A stretch of 63,320 nt of DNA, counting the filler, from Octopus bimaculoides (taxonomy: Eukaryota): assembly GCF_001194135.2 (NCBI RefSeq). It is 5 parts of 5 records of this genome, joined end to end, with 100 filler letters (N's around TTAATTAATTAA, not from the genome) between each part and the next. Parts side by side here need not be neighbours in the genome. Positions count along the whole stretch, not along the records: positions 1 to 14,637 come from NC_069004.1; positions 14,738 to 41,961 come from NC_068988.1; 3 more parts are not named here. One strand, 5' to 3'. This document shows, piece by piece, positions 10,405 to 23,100 of the stretch. Under the pieces are notes generated by a model. The model was not told the origin of the DNA, searched no databases, and saw only the letters and a list, made by a program, of their open reading frames with translations. The first letter of the stretch is position 1; every line of letters begins with the position of its first letter. The position numbers and the translations under genes were made by a program.

Positions 10405-10790
10405 TTCTTATTTCTTTACTGCCCACAAGGGGCTAAACATAGAGAGGACAAACAAGGACAGACAAAGGGTTTAAGTCGATTACATCGACCCCAGTGCGTA
10501 ACTAGTACTTAATTTATCGACCCCCGAAAGGATGAAAGGCAAAGTTGGCCTCGGCGGAATTTGAACTCAGAACGTAACAGCAGACGAAATACCGCTAAGC
10601 ATTTCGCCCAGCCAGCTCGCCGCCCTCCTGCCAGTTCTATCCAACCCATGCCAGCATGGAAACAAAGATGTATGATGATAATAATCCTTTCTACTATAGG
10701 GACAAGGCCTGAAAATTGTAGGGAGCAGGTAAGTCAATCACATCTACCCCAGTACTTGACTGGTACTTAATTTATTGACCTCGAAAGGTC
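10405..10790 (-). mobile_element. Two family B SINE copies separated by a short family C tail
   Basis: Family B core at about 10490-10620 and again at about 10690-10790. Confidence 0.72.
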
Positions 10791-10914
10791 ATGAGGATGA
10801 TGATCTCCTCCATATCTGACAATCATGTTATTTCTGTTTTATGTGCTCCTTATCTTTGATCTAGTGGATCAGTTACCCAATTTCTTCATTCATCATTCGC
10901 TTGTTTACTTGCAG

Positions 10915-11048
10915 GTTGCAACCTTTGTGCATCTGTGTGTCCCATTATTGACTGCATCGAAATGATACCACGTACAACACCATTTGCCCCAAAGAGAGGT
11001 CCGTTCCCACTTAAAATCAGCACCAGCAGCCAGCTTGGAGAGTATTGA
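10915..11048 (+). CDS. DPYD: DPYD terminal coding exon ([43 protein letters not shown])
   Basis: Acceptor ttacttgcag; phase 1 continues CTG-CxxCxxVCP; stop TGA at 11046-11048. Matches remembered human [28 protein letters not shown]. Confidence 0.94.
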
Positions 11049-11121
11049 TCTTGACAGATTCAAATAACCAAAGAATGATAAAAATTTAATCACTTATAAA
11101 TCATTTGTTTAATTGTTTATA

Positions 11122-11127
11122 AATAAA
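11122..11127 (+). terminator. Candidate DPYD polyadenylation signal AATAAA
   Basis: Canonical hexamer about 75 nt after the stop codon in a U/A-rich context; no transcript evidence. Confidence 0.45.
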
Positions 11128-11544
11128 TTCTTTTTAATCAATTATATATACATACATATATGTATACATGCAGACATATATATATATATATATACACACA
11201 CAGACCCATACATATCTATATGGTATGCATGTGTGTGTAATATATATATGTGTATATATGTATGTCATATGTATGTACATGTCTTTATATATATGTATAC
11301 ATAATTTCAAATTAAATATTATTATATGTAACATTTCTTTTTTGTTTGATTTTTATTTATCGCCCATGCTGGTGCCATGTAAAATTGCCCAGCACACTGC
11401 AAAGTGGTTGGTGTTAGGAAGGGCATCCAGCTGTAGAAACCAAGCCAAATCAGACTGGAACCTAGTCTCCTGCTTGCCAGCTCTGGTAAAAACCTTCCAA
11501 CCCATGCCCGCATGGTAAATGAATGTTGATTAATAATATTGATA

Positions 11545-11742
11545 ATAATAATGGTTTCAAATTTTGCCAAAAGGGCAGCCATTTCAAGGGAGGAGATAAG
11601 TCAACTGGTACTTACTTAATCGACCCTGGAAGGATGAAAGGCAAAGTTGACCTCTGCAGAATTTGAACACAGAACTTAGCGGCAGACGAAATACTACTAA
11701 GCATTTTGCATGGCGTGCTAATGATTCTGCCAGTTTGCTGCT

Positions 11743-11773
<31 letters not shown>

Positions 11774-11976
11774 TGACAACAATAATCCTTTCTACAATAG
11801 GCACATTCCCCTGAAATTTTGGGGGAGGAGAACAGTTGAACTGGTTCTTAATTTATCAACCCCAAAAGGATGAAAGACAGTTGACCCTGGTGGAATTTGA
11901 ACTTAGACTGAAAAGATGTGTGAAATACTGCTAAGCATTCTGTCCAGTGTGCTAACGATTCTTCCAGCTTGCCGCT

Positions 11977-12017
<41 letters not shown>

Positions 12018-12140
12018 TTCATTTATTTGCCACCAGAGCGAAGGATGAGGCGGACTACAGAAACAGACATAACAATCCTTTCTACTATAAGCACAAGGCC
12101 TGGAATTTTGGGGGTGGGGTTAAGTCAATTACATCGACTC
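11545..12140 (-). mobile_element. Three head-to-tail family B SINE copies separated by (AAT)n tracts
   Basis: Repeated blocks aatcctttctac(t/a)ataggcac and gatgaaag...gaatttgaac, each preceded by (AAT)n. Confidence 0.75.
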
Positions 12141-12204
12141 CAGGTGGCAATGATGAAATGAGCTGTCTAGCATGGTAGACAACACTTTTCACTTTTCTTT
12201 AGAA

Positions 12205-12400
12205 CAGTGGTTCTCAAAGTGGGCGGTATTGCCCCCCCCCCGCCCTTGGGGTGGTGGAAAGTTCCAAGGGGGTGTTGAAGAAAAGTGGGGTGTTAATGAG
12301 GTAGCCAAAAGGGGTGATTCATGTAAAAACAACAAAATAATGGGGTCATTAGGTTAAGTTTTATATGTGAAATACAGTTGCTTAAATGAGAAAGATATTT
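12205..12400. mobile_element. hAT (Charlie-like) terminus, partner end not found
   Basis: Starts cagtggttctcaaagtg, typical of Charlie/MER5-type TIRs. Confidence 0.4.
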
Positions 12401-12416
12401 TAGTAAAAATCTTCAC

Positions 12417-12790
12417 TCATCATCATTTAATATCCACTTTCCATGCTGGCATGGGTTAGACGGTTTGACTGAAATTGTTAAGCTCAGGAGCTGCACCAGG
12501 TTCCAATCTGATTTGGCATGGTTTCTATGACTGGATGCCCTTTCTAATGCCAACCACTCCAAGATGGGTACTTTTTTATGTGACACCAGCATTGGCCACA
12601 ACTATGATTTCACTAGTCTTGATGAGCCTTTTCAAGCACGGCATATTGCCAAAGGTCTTGCTCACTTATCATCTCCATGTGGTCCAACATTCAAAGGGTG
12701 CTTTTTACGTGTCACTGGCACAAATGCTTGTTACATGACACCAGCATCGGCCACGACTACAGTTTCACTGGGCTTGATGAGTCTCCTCAT
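12417..12790 (-). mobile_element. Family C SINE-related repeat
   Basis: Collinear with 1622-2010. Confidence 0.7.
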
Positions 12791-13011
12791 TATTTAAAAA
12801 ATTTAATTGAACCAAAGACAGAAATATGGTAATAAAAGAGTTAAACCATCAGGCAACCTTGTTACAAAGAAAGGATTTCAGAGCAGATATAACTATTAAC
12901 AGGTTACTTTTGTTTGATATTAGTGTTCCTTCAGGTAGAAATAATGGTTTGTAGAAAATCTTGGTTCATGGAAGGAAAATGTGCACAGCAACAAACAATG
13001 ATTTCAGAGAC

Positions 13012-13170
13012 ATTCAAATAACCAAAGAATGATTAAAATTTAATCACTTACAAATCATTTGTCTAATTGTTTATAAACAAATTCTTTTTAATCAGTTATA
13101 TATACATACATACATATATGTATACATGCAGACATATATGTATATATATATATATATATATATACAGACC
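13012..13170 (+). repeat. Diverged duplicate of the DPYD proximal 3' UTR (11058-11206)
   Basis: About 110 bp of unique sequence with five substitutions, plus a shared microsatellite and cagacc end. Confidence 0.9.
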
Positions 13171-13379
13171 TCAAAGTTGATTGAATGTAGGTCTCACCCA
13201 CACAAGCTGCAGTCTAAAGGGAATTAACTTTGAACCGTGGAATGTAGGAAGGTAACTTCACAGATTTTCCTGCTGATGTTAAATGATACTTACCTTGCTC
13301 ATGACAGTGTTCATCCAAGACCTCCATCTTCCTCAGCCTCCAGTACATTGTTTTTCATGGCAGCAGACTTGGCTAACAA

Positions 13380-13650
13380 GACTGATACAATACAGGCAAA
13401 TCTTGTGGCACTGAAAGTGATCCCCAAACAACAGTCACAGGAAGTTGATGACAACATCACTTTGTCTCTTCATGCAGTCACCTGCATTTGGTTTCAAAAC
13501 TCTTTACTCCAGCATCATACATGGACCTCCATGCCTTCTGATCAACAGCCAGGGGCTTCAACTGATTAGGAAGGACACTGCACTGCATAAAAAAACCACT
13601 TCAGATGACCATGAAAATGAAGTTTTGGATGTCCACAAGGCCTACATCTA
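13380..13650 (-). mobile_element. RTE-type LINE 3' fragment
   Basis: The minus strand reads GHPKLHFHGHLK...PLAVDQKAWRSMYDAGVKSFETKCR. Confidence 0.62.
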
Positions 13651-14637
13651 GTCTGAAACACTCAAAGACAGTAGAACATCAGTAAGTGATATAGGAGAGC
13701 AAGTCTCTGGTAAAACAAATTATACTTGTAGTCCCTGAGGAGAGAGAGAGACTGAATGTGTTGAAACCATTGTGTCCTCAATTATTGAATAGTTCAAGTA
13801 GTCTGATCCAAGCAACCAACCATTTACACCAGTCTGAAGTTACCAAGTTATTTGACCAAGTGATGTTAGAATAACGGTTCTAGGATGGAGTGAATGCCTT
13901 AGCATCAAGGTGGAGCAGCAATGAATAATAAAGGGCAGGTATTCTTAGTGGAAAAATTAAGGTTGCTTTGTAGGCAAGGCTAGTAATTAGGTCCAAAAAG
14001 AGGAAGAGAAGTAGATGATGGATTGAAGAGTGATGGGCTGCCACAAGGTGTAACAGAGATCAGAAGAACTGGAGGCCATTGATGATGGTGGGTTGGCTGG
14101 ATCCATAATCACATCTGACTGAACTGAATAGTTTTATATTTGTCATTACATAGAGCAAACAAAAATGAAAAAAAAAGTCCAGTTTAAAATGACTGCAGTT
14201 TTATTATAAAATAACAGGTATATTACACATATAACACATGATTGATTTTACATTGTTGAGAATGGTAGTGGTAAGTCACTCAGTAGAGATGAGAGTGTTG
14301 AGGTTACTCGAGAGATGAGATGGAAAGTGGAAGGTAGCCGAGACACTAACAAAGTGTAGTGTGGTGATTGGGGAGGAAAAAAAAAGCTGGTAGTACCAGC
14401 AAAATACAATATTTACATAAGACAAGACAATTTAAAGCAATACAAGATTGGAGTGTTACAAAAGAAACAAAAAAAAAAAATCTGATGGACATTCATGGAG
14501 TTTTGTTACTGAGAGTCTTCTGACATGTCTTTACATGTGGTAGCACAAAGAAAGGAGGACAAATGAGCGGATGTAGACATATTTAGTTTTCAGAATATTG
14601 CTATTTTAATTATTGGTAGTTGAATAACTTAAATATA

Positions 14638-14737
14638 NNNNNNNNNNNNNNNNNNNNNNNNNNNNNNNNNNNNNNNNNNNNTTAATTAATTAANNNNNNN
14701 NNNNNNNNNNNNNNNNNNNNNNNNNNNNNNNNNNNNN
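14638..14737. other. Artificial scaffold linker N44-TTAATTAATTAA-N44 (also 41962-42061, 55307-55406, 61730-61829)
   Basis: The same 100-nt design occurs four times; the 12-mer places stop codons in all six frames. Confidence 0.95.
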
Positions 14738-14808
<71 letters not shown>

Positions 14809-15179
14809 TATACATATATATACATGTATATAACTACATACATATATGCCCAAACACGTTTATATATATATGTGTGTATATATATGTGTATGCGTGTGTG
14901 TATATATGTGTGTATATGTGTATACGTATGTGTGATTTTATGTGTATGTGTTTGAAATGAGAGATACATCTGTTATGTATGCTCGGTATTCAGTAAGAAA
15001 TGATGTCAAACTAAACTCACATGCATCTCACAAGGACATCATGCATACGAAAACACATGCCCAAATACTGAAGTGTGAAATACAATTTAAACATGTAGTA
15101 AACAAATTTAGATACTCGAGACAGGCAAGGTTAGAGAGGGTCATGTAAGTTCATGAATGCGGCTTGGACAGTGGTCCCA

Positions 15180-15480
15180 GATGCTATCATATTGCTCACG
15201 GACTAGTTATGTTTAATAAAATATAAGTTATTTATCTTAAGTTTTAGTATGATCTCAATGGAAATCATCACCCTGCGCAGCAATACAGCGGTTCTAGCTT
15301 TCTTGACAGTTTTGGAAACCAGTCTGGAAGTCGTTTTTAGTAAGCAGGTCTAGGGCATTCCACGATTCATTCTTCATCTCGACAATAGTGTTAAAACGAT
15401 GACGTTTGAGCTGCATTTTGGTCTTGGGGAACAGACGGAAGACTGCAGATACTAAATCGGTCGAATGAGGCAAACGTCTT
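15180..15480 (-). mobile_element. Mariner transposase C-terminal fragment
   Basis: PHSTDLVSAVFRLFPKTKMQLKRHRFNTIVE...DFQTGFQNCQES*NRCIAAQGD is a decayed YSPDLAP region. Confidence 0.8.
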
Positions 15481-16504
15481 TCAACACACACACACACAAA
15501 TTGATATATGCATATATATANNNNNNNNNNNNNNNNNNNNNNNNNNNNNNNNNNNNNNNNNNNNNNNNNNNNNNNNNNNNNNNNNNNNNNNNNNNNNNNN
15601 NNNNNNNNNNNNNNNNNNNNNNNNNNNNNNNNNNNNNNNNNNNNNNNNNNNNNNNNNNNNNNNNNNNNNNNNNNNNNNNNNNNNNNNNNNNNNNNNNNNN
15701 NNNNNNNNNNNNNNNNNNNNNNNNNNNNNNNNNNNNNNNNNNNNNNNNNNNNNNNNNNNNNNNNNNNNNNNNNNNNNNNNNNNNNNNNNNNNNNNNNNNN
15801 NNNNNNNNNNNNNNNNNNNNNNNNNNNNNNNNNNNNNNNNNNNNNNNNNNNNNNNNNNNNNNNNNNNNNNNNNNNNNNNNNNNNNNNNNNNNNNNNNNNN
15901 NNNNNNNNNNNNNNNNNNNNNNNNNNNNNNNNNNNNNNNNNNNNNNNNNNNNNNNNNNNNNNNNNNNNNNNNNNNNNNNNNNNNNNNNNNNNNNNNNNNN
16001 NNNNNNNNNNNNNNNNNNNNNNNNNNNNNNNNNNNNNNNNNNNNNNNNNNNNNNNNNNNNNNNNNNNNNNNNNNNNNNNNNNNNNNNNNNNNNNNNNNNN
16101 NNNNNNNNNNNNNNNNNNNNNNNNNNNNNNNNNNNNNNNNNNNNNNNNNNNNTATATATATATATATATATATATATATGCATACTTGTTAGTGTATGTG
16201 TTAATATTCTTGACGATATTATTCTTACGCGCGCGACAATAAGCTATGGTTCACAGGTAGTTTATTTATCGAGCGATAGTATATTATCCCTCCATTTCAA
16301 ACATTGTAAAGTTCTTTGAAATGTAGAATGGAATATTATGTCTCTAGATATATATATTCAGCACTTCTTTGTTGTCCTTTATCGCCAATATAAACAACTA
16401 GACTGGTATAAACGCGTATAAAGCCCATTTGTATAAGTCTCTGAATGTTAAAAACTTGTTCAGCATTAGTGAATATATTACAATACCTCTCGCAGTATAT
16501 AAGC

Positions 16505-16535
<31 letters not shown>

Positions 16536-16869
16536 CCTATAAACGTATTTGTATATAAGTATACATATATGTACATATATACGTATATATATGTGTGTGT
16601 ATATATATATATATACATATATATAAGAAAAATATGTTTCAAAAAGAAAGTACAAATTACACGTGGAAGAGATATGGGAAAGAAAGAAGAAAAAAGCGCA
16701 AATGCACATGGTATATCCAAAAACTTAAAGGCATTTTTTATGAAAAGTAAGGAGAAATATTTACAATTAGATGAACTGAAGTAGAATTAAGAGGAATAAA
16801 AGTAATTGTTATGAATTGTTAAAGGGATTCATAGTCATAACGGTTTCGTCAAACGGTGTTGGGTATACT

Positions 16870-17040
16870 AGTCACTGAGTAGCTCACAAATTATAAAGAT
16901 GTCATAATCGAAATCGAAAAGATGTAGGAGCTCAAGACGGTTACGATACCATTGATTGTAGCAGCACTTGCAATGATCAAGAAAGGAACTGAACATTGTT
17001 TAAGAACGATCCCTGGCTTACCATCCGAGAGCATTGTCGC
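16870..17040 (+). mobile_element. REL-endonuclease non-LTR retrotransposon C-terminal fragment
   Basis: IEIEKM*ELKTVTIPLIVAALAMIKKGTEHCLRTIPGLPS resembles the P-x-V/I-x-G-A-L-G region. Confidence 0.6.
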
Positions 17041-18749
17041 TGTGCATTTTCTTACCTTTTCCTCTTTTGTTTATTTTTCTATTTTGTATTTTTTTTCCTT
17101 TTCATCTCTGTCTTCACCTTTTCCTTTGTCANNNNNNNNNNNNNNNNNNNNNNNNNNNNNNNNNNNNNNNNNNNNNNNNNNNNNNNNNNNNNNNNNNNNN
17201 NNNNNNNNNNNNNNNNNNNNNNNNNNNNNNNNNNNNNNNNNNNNNNNNNNNNNNNNNNNNNNNNNNNNNNNNNNNNNNNNNNNNNNNNNNNNNNNNNNNN
17301 NNNNNNNNNNNNNNNNNNNNNNNNNNNNNNNNNNNNNNNNNNNNNNNNNNNNNNNNNNNNNNNNNNNNNNNNNNCTATTTTGTATTTTTTTTCCTTTTCA
17401 TCTCTGTCTTCACCTTTTCCTTTGTCACATGACTCTGTAAATAAACAATCCAGTGTTCTTGTTTTAATAGCCTACCAATGTATACAGAATACAGTGTATC
17501 TTTCTCTGCCCTAGTGGCAAAAAAAGGAAACATCATCTAGATCAGAGAAATATCGCAAAGTAGGAAAGTTTGAAAGAATATCAATGCACGACGCCACGCC
17601 ACGCCACTAAGATAAACCTTTGTGTGTTACAGACAACATAAACATTCAATGGCAGAGATAAGAATAAGTAATGAATGAATGCATAGTGTAGCTAAAATAG
17701 CATTCACTCTTATTTGCAGAAAGCAACTCTACATAGAATTACTTTTAGTGACTTTCAAATAAGTGGGGGTGGTTTCAAAATACTTGAACATAAATTACTC
17801 TTTCAGAGTAAAGTACGATTTTTCCATGCAGTCACAATGCAAATACTGTAATGTCTTGTAGCTTAGACCTCATTAGCTTGGTATACTCGGATCAATTGAC
17901 TAGAGAAAACATAAAAGAAATGCGAATATTATTTGGAAAGTATGAATTGCAGCATTAAAATTAAATGAAACAGTAAAATAAGTCAAATGATATAATAGCA
18001 TGAAATCGGATAAATAATTTATGAAGTAATATAATGAATAGCGTATTGAAAGTAAACACAATTCGTAATTAATTGAATTTCACTCTCAACTGGGAAAAAG
18101 AAAATCAAATCCAAACGGTAAATGTTAGCATCTCTGGAAGAAAAATGGAATCAATTACACGGAATTAAGGATTAATAGCTCAATGTTACGTTTACATGCT
18201 TAAGGGAAAAACCCGTCTATGTTCGCAAACAAAAGGCAATTACGGACATGAACAGAGATTTTTACTTTAATCCTCAAGCTAAGAAGGACATTTTAATTAA
18301 TTATTCTTATTCCGTACAGCATTCATTGTATTAATTATTTACCAGCAAAGGTCAGAATATTCCCTAAGTATATAAATTAACTGTGATGAATTAATTCTTA
18401 ATTTCATATAAAATGTATCTGCTTTTGTATGAGAGTCAGTAACAGTTGCTGGTAGGTCTAAATTTCCATTCTCTAATCAATGAGAAAAATTATTTTAGTG
18501 CAGAGTATTCAATGCATCAAATTATTTGAAAAATTCCTCTAAATATCTCATGCGTGGTATTCTTGTTATTTCATCTTATATTTTAATTGAGCAGCCGAAA
18601 ATTATTTGTAGAACATATCCTTTATATAAAGCTATGAAAACACAGATACCACATTTCAATAGACTGTTTCGCACAAATACACCAAAATATTTGTCACATT
18701 TTTCTATTCGCATAACTGTAATACATATATAGATGCTTATATATACACT

Positions 18750-18785
<36 letters not shown>

Positions 18786-19619
18786 CATATATGTTATTGT
18801 GTTTGTATGTATATATATATAGATATATGTATGTATGTTTGTATGTATACATATTTGTATATNNNNNNNNNNNNTATATATATATATATATAAACATCTA
18901 TATATTGCCGCCTATAAGACTATTATCATACTTCGTAATAATAATAAATTATCTATGAATATGCACGTATTAATTTCTTCATATAATCTCTTTTTATTTT
19001 TTTGAGAGTTGCAATAAATGTCGTTGGGTTTTGGTTTTCTTTCCCCATTTGAGATGATAGTTCTATTAATTAAGATAGTTTGTGGTGCAAGATGTTTTGT
19101 AGTGCAATAGAGAACTGCCGAGTGACAAGTGAATAACATGACATTTGACCAGAGTAAATAAATTAGAAAATAACAATACTACACAGAGATATTTTAGAAA
19201 ATATAAAAATTCAAAATATATCGCGTTTGTACACAATACATGTTCACGTCCAGTCATAAATACCTGGCTATTTAAAGAAACTCACTGAACCCATTTAAGC
19301 TGCTGGGCACAAAGTGAAACCCGATGATGTAGTATACATTCCAAATGTTAATTCTATATTCTCAGTTCCTGGAATATTTTACATTAGGGAATTTCAAATT
19401 TCATGAAATAAAGATATACGTAAGAAAAGAGCATTTATATGGGTGATAGTGTTAAATATATCTCAGATACCATAATGACATTTCACTGAGTAGATTCTAG
19501 GCAAGCTGCAACAAGGAAGATTGTAAATTCAATTTTCGGAGCTATAATGTAACAAAATAATAATATATATTACACTGAATGACATGAGGAAATATTTACA
19601 AAGAGTACAATTTATATTA

Positions 19620-19660
<41 letters not shown>

Positions 19661-19751
19661 NNNNNNNNNNNNNNNNNNNNNNNNNNNNNNNNNNNNNNNN
19701 NNNNNNNNNNNNNNNNNNNNNNNNNNNNNNNNNNNNNNNNNNNNNNNNNNN

Positions 19752-19808
<57 letters not shown>

Positions 19809-20137
19809 TGCATACATACATATCCCATTACATAGGAAGTTAATGGAATATATAATTATTTTCATTAATATGAATGAATTTGAATATGTTTACGATTTCG
19901 GATGTCAATAGGTTTACAGCACTGAATATTTAGCTTTTATTTTTATTCATATACATACATAATTATGATACGTATATAGATACTTACATGCAAATCACAC
20001 AGTATGTCTATATATGTGGGGGGAGCGTGTGTTTGGGAGTATGTCTATGTGTGCATGTGCGTGTACGTGTTTGCGTGTGAATGTATACATAATTATGTGA
20101 ATATATTTAAATACATTATATGCACTTATATATATGC

Positions 20138-20264
<127 letters not shown>

Positions 20265-20364
20265 CATACATATATATATACATATATATATACATTTATA
20301 TACATACATATATACAGAGTTACATCCACAGATAGAAAAGAGAGGGGCATAGAAAAAAGAGAGA

Positions 20365-20500
20365 GAGGCGAATTGACAGAGTCGATGACACGTCCAGCAA
20401 AATATATAGTGGCATTCGTTCCAGTTCTGTATATTCTGAGTTCAAATCACGCCAAGGTTAACTTTATCTTTCATGACTTCGGTGTCGGTAAAAGTACCTA
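20365..20500 (+). mobile_element. Diverged family B SINE
   Basis: ctgagttcaaatcacgccaaggttaactttatctttcatgacttcggtgtcggtaaaagtacc. Confidence 0.6.
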
Positions 20501-20899
20501 CTTGTCAATATATCGAGTCGATATAATCCAATTTCCTCTCCTAAAATTTCTATGACTTGACTTCTAAGCTGAATCAGCTTTCCGTTCGGCTAGATATTAT
20601 CTCGGTGTCCTACATGGCATGGAAACCGTGTAACTGGACTTCTGTAAGATAGGGCTTGAGAAGAGATATAATACTTATTTGTTTCATTCTTTTCTTACAA
20701 AGAGAAATCCGCATTCCACATACATACTTATATTAGTATAACTTAGGTTCTGTTATAATAGCATGCTGGATCAACGGTTCTCCATGCTGAAGCAGAATAG
20801 TATTTTTAGTCATTGTTGATTTCATGAGACTTTTCCGAGTATCAATCGTCTTCTAAAAGACATTATCCGCTGTGTTCACATAATGTTTTAGGAATGGCA

Positions 20900-21490
20900 G
20901 GAAGCTGGTAGAATAGTTTGGACGTCGGATAAAATACTCTCTAATATGCTCTAATTTTATATTCCGCTGAGGTCTAATTTGCCTTCTATATTTTTGGTGG
21001 AGGTAAAATGGGTACAAGCCATAAACTGGCCTTTTGTCTATACATAGATACATGCATACATACATACATACATACATTGTAGAAGGGGTTGGATTTCCAA
21101 TATTTGTGCGGGTTTGTCCAGAGTTAATTTTCGAGAGGTATTTCTTAAGTTTATGTTTGGGTATAAAACCTAATTTTCTGGGCGACGCCACTAGCGGCTA
21201 GAGCTTGGCTATAGTAGTTGGCATAGGTATTGAAGATAATTGGCTGATAGATTGGATATTTTGATGGATATGCCTTTGATTATGCTCTCGAAAGTAGATT
21301 TATGGTGGTTAGATTCTGTGTTGATGTATTTGAGGTATTGATTAGGTTTATGTTATTGGAAGTAAAGTGAAGAGTTTAAATATAAAGTAACATCTAGAAC
21401 ATTTGCTTATGCTCTGAGTTTTCGAAAGAGAAATGTTAAATTTGGCGAAGAGTTTGTGTAAGTTTTGTCTAGTTTTTTTCTAATATATTA
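20900..21490 (-). mobile_element. Penelope-like RT C-terminal/thumb fragment
   Basis: The minus strand reads (L)DVTLYLN...HKPNQYLKYINTESNHHKSTFESIIKGISIKISNLSAN...YYSQALAASG. Confidence 0.72.
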
Positions 21491-22050
21491 ATAATATAAT
21501 ATCATATATATATACTTTACGATGAACGTAAACAAACAACGTTTGTTTTATTTTTAGAAGCGTTGAAATGTATTGTAAGATACAGATGTAAATTTATTTC
21601 TCAAATGCGTGATAATGCTATAAATTGTGTAATCAGGATAAATTATCAATATATTGCAGAAAAATACGTTACTGTCTAGCCATAAGACTCGAACTCACTT
21701 CTTAGATACGCAATAATGCGTATATCCATGTAGGTTGAAGTTCTTATATAGTAGACATCCCAAGAAAAAGAGGCGAATATATCAACGTTTAATAACAGAA
21801 TGGCTACAGAGGTAGCTGTTAACAAGAACTAGAAAGCGGGTGGATAAAGTGAGGTAGGAGGAAATTAAGGATAGGCTATATGATAAAGTAATGAGTATAT
21901 GTGTATGGTGTCTAAGAATTGTGTATGGGATAGCCGAGAAGATAAGAGAGAGGATGAGGAGGTAGATTAAGTTATGGTAAAAAAAAAAACCCATACGTTG
22001 TATGTATATATATATATTCAGACATACATACATACATACATACTTACATG

Positions 22051-23100
22051 CGAGGTCTGATCACTAAATACCCGCACTGGTGCGATAAAAACAAAACTAC
22101 AATACGTACCAATTTGGCACTTCAACGTAGTCCCTTTCGGAGGCCAAACACTTATCCAGCACTGTTTCCATTGAAGGACGCATTCCTGGAACTCGTTTTG
22201 TGAGATAATTAGCAGCTGCTTCTTCATATTTGATTTTTGGAAAAAGAAAAATTTTGCAATAGGAGGGATCTGGGGAATACGGTGGCTGCGCTGATTCGGG
22301 AGGTGCATTGCCATGGTGCAATTTCCACTCACCGGACGCATGCATTTGTATCTTGTTCCGATGGATAGTATTCCGCAAACGCTGCAAAATGTCACGGTAG
22401 TACGCCTCGTTTTCTACCTGATCAGGCTGAGCATACTCCTGATGAATCCTTGTAATTGAAGAAAACAATCCCCTTGTAGTCGACTCATTTGTGATTTCTT
22501 CGGTCTAGGAGAGGTTGGGGTGTTCCACTGCGAATACTGAGCCTTTGCTTCGGGATCATAGCCATAGACCTACGATTCATCACCCGTTATGGCCGTTTTC
22601 AAAAAGTTTTCAGCGTTCTCGACACAATCAAGGAGAACTTGTGCAACTGAAACCCGAGTGTCTTTTTGGTCGATTGAGAGCAGTTTTAGCACAAACTTTG
22701 CAGACACGCGTCTCATATCCAAATCTTCATTGATAATGGACTGAACTGAACCATAACTAATCTGCCCATCCTCTGATAACTCACAGATGGTGATTCGACG
22801 ATTTCCCTCACAGCTGCATGCACATCTGCGATGTTTTACTCAGTTCTCCTGGTTGAGTGTCTCACAAAACGTTCGTCACTATCGACATTTTTTCGGTCTT
22901 CTTGAAAACGTCTGATATACTTATACACTTGTGTGCGGATCGTACGCTCCTCCCCATACACTTTCTGCAACATTGCGTAGGTCTCTGATCAGGTATCGCC
23001 AAGCTTTTGGCAAAATTTGATGCAGATTCTCTGCTCAACTTTGTCATGGTCAATGCGACGATCATACGCTACACACGCTCCTTCCAAACACTGCTTTAAG
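22051..23100 (-). mobile_element. Mariner transposon, decayed transposase, one TIR visible
   Basis: WKLHHGNAP...PPYSPD..CKIFLFPKIK and a KFCQKLGD-type HTH region; TIR-like (tg)cgaggtctgatca at 22051. Confidence 0.85.

Noticed and set aside
13700-14110. Possible CR1/Jockey-type LINE 3' fragment on the minus strand
   Set aside because: Only vague similarity and no diagnostic motif, so not listed as a feature.
14682-14693. TTAATTAATTAA motif isolated between N runs (also 42006, 55351, 61774)
   Set aside because: An identical N44-12mer-N44 design four times is an assembly linker with stops in six frames, not biology. It also means neighbours across it may not be contiguous.
17079-17427. About 53-bp sequence repeated on both sides of the gap (17079-17131 and 17375-17427)
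   Set aside because: Near-identical gap flanks are the typical signature of unmerged overlapping contig ends.
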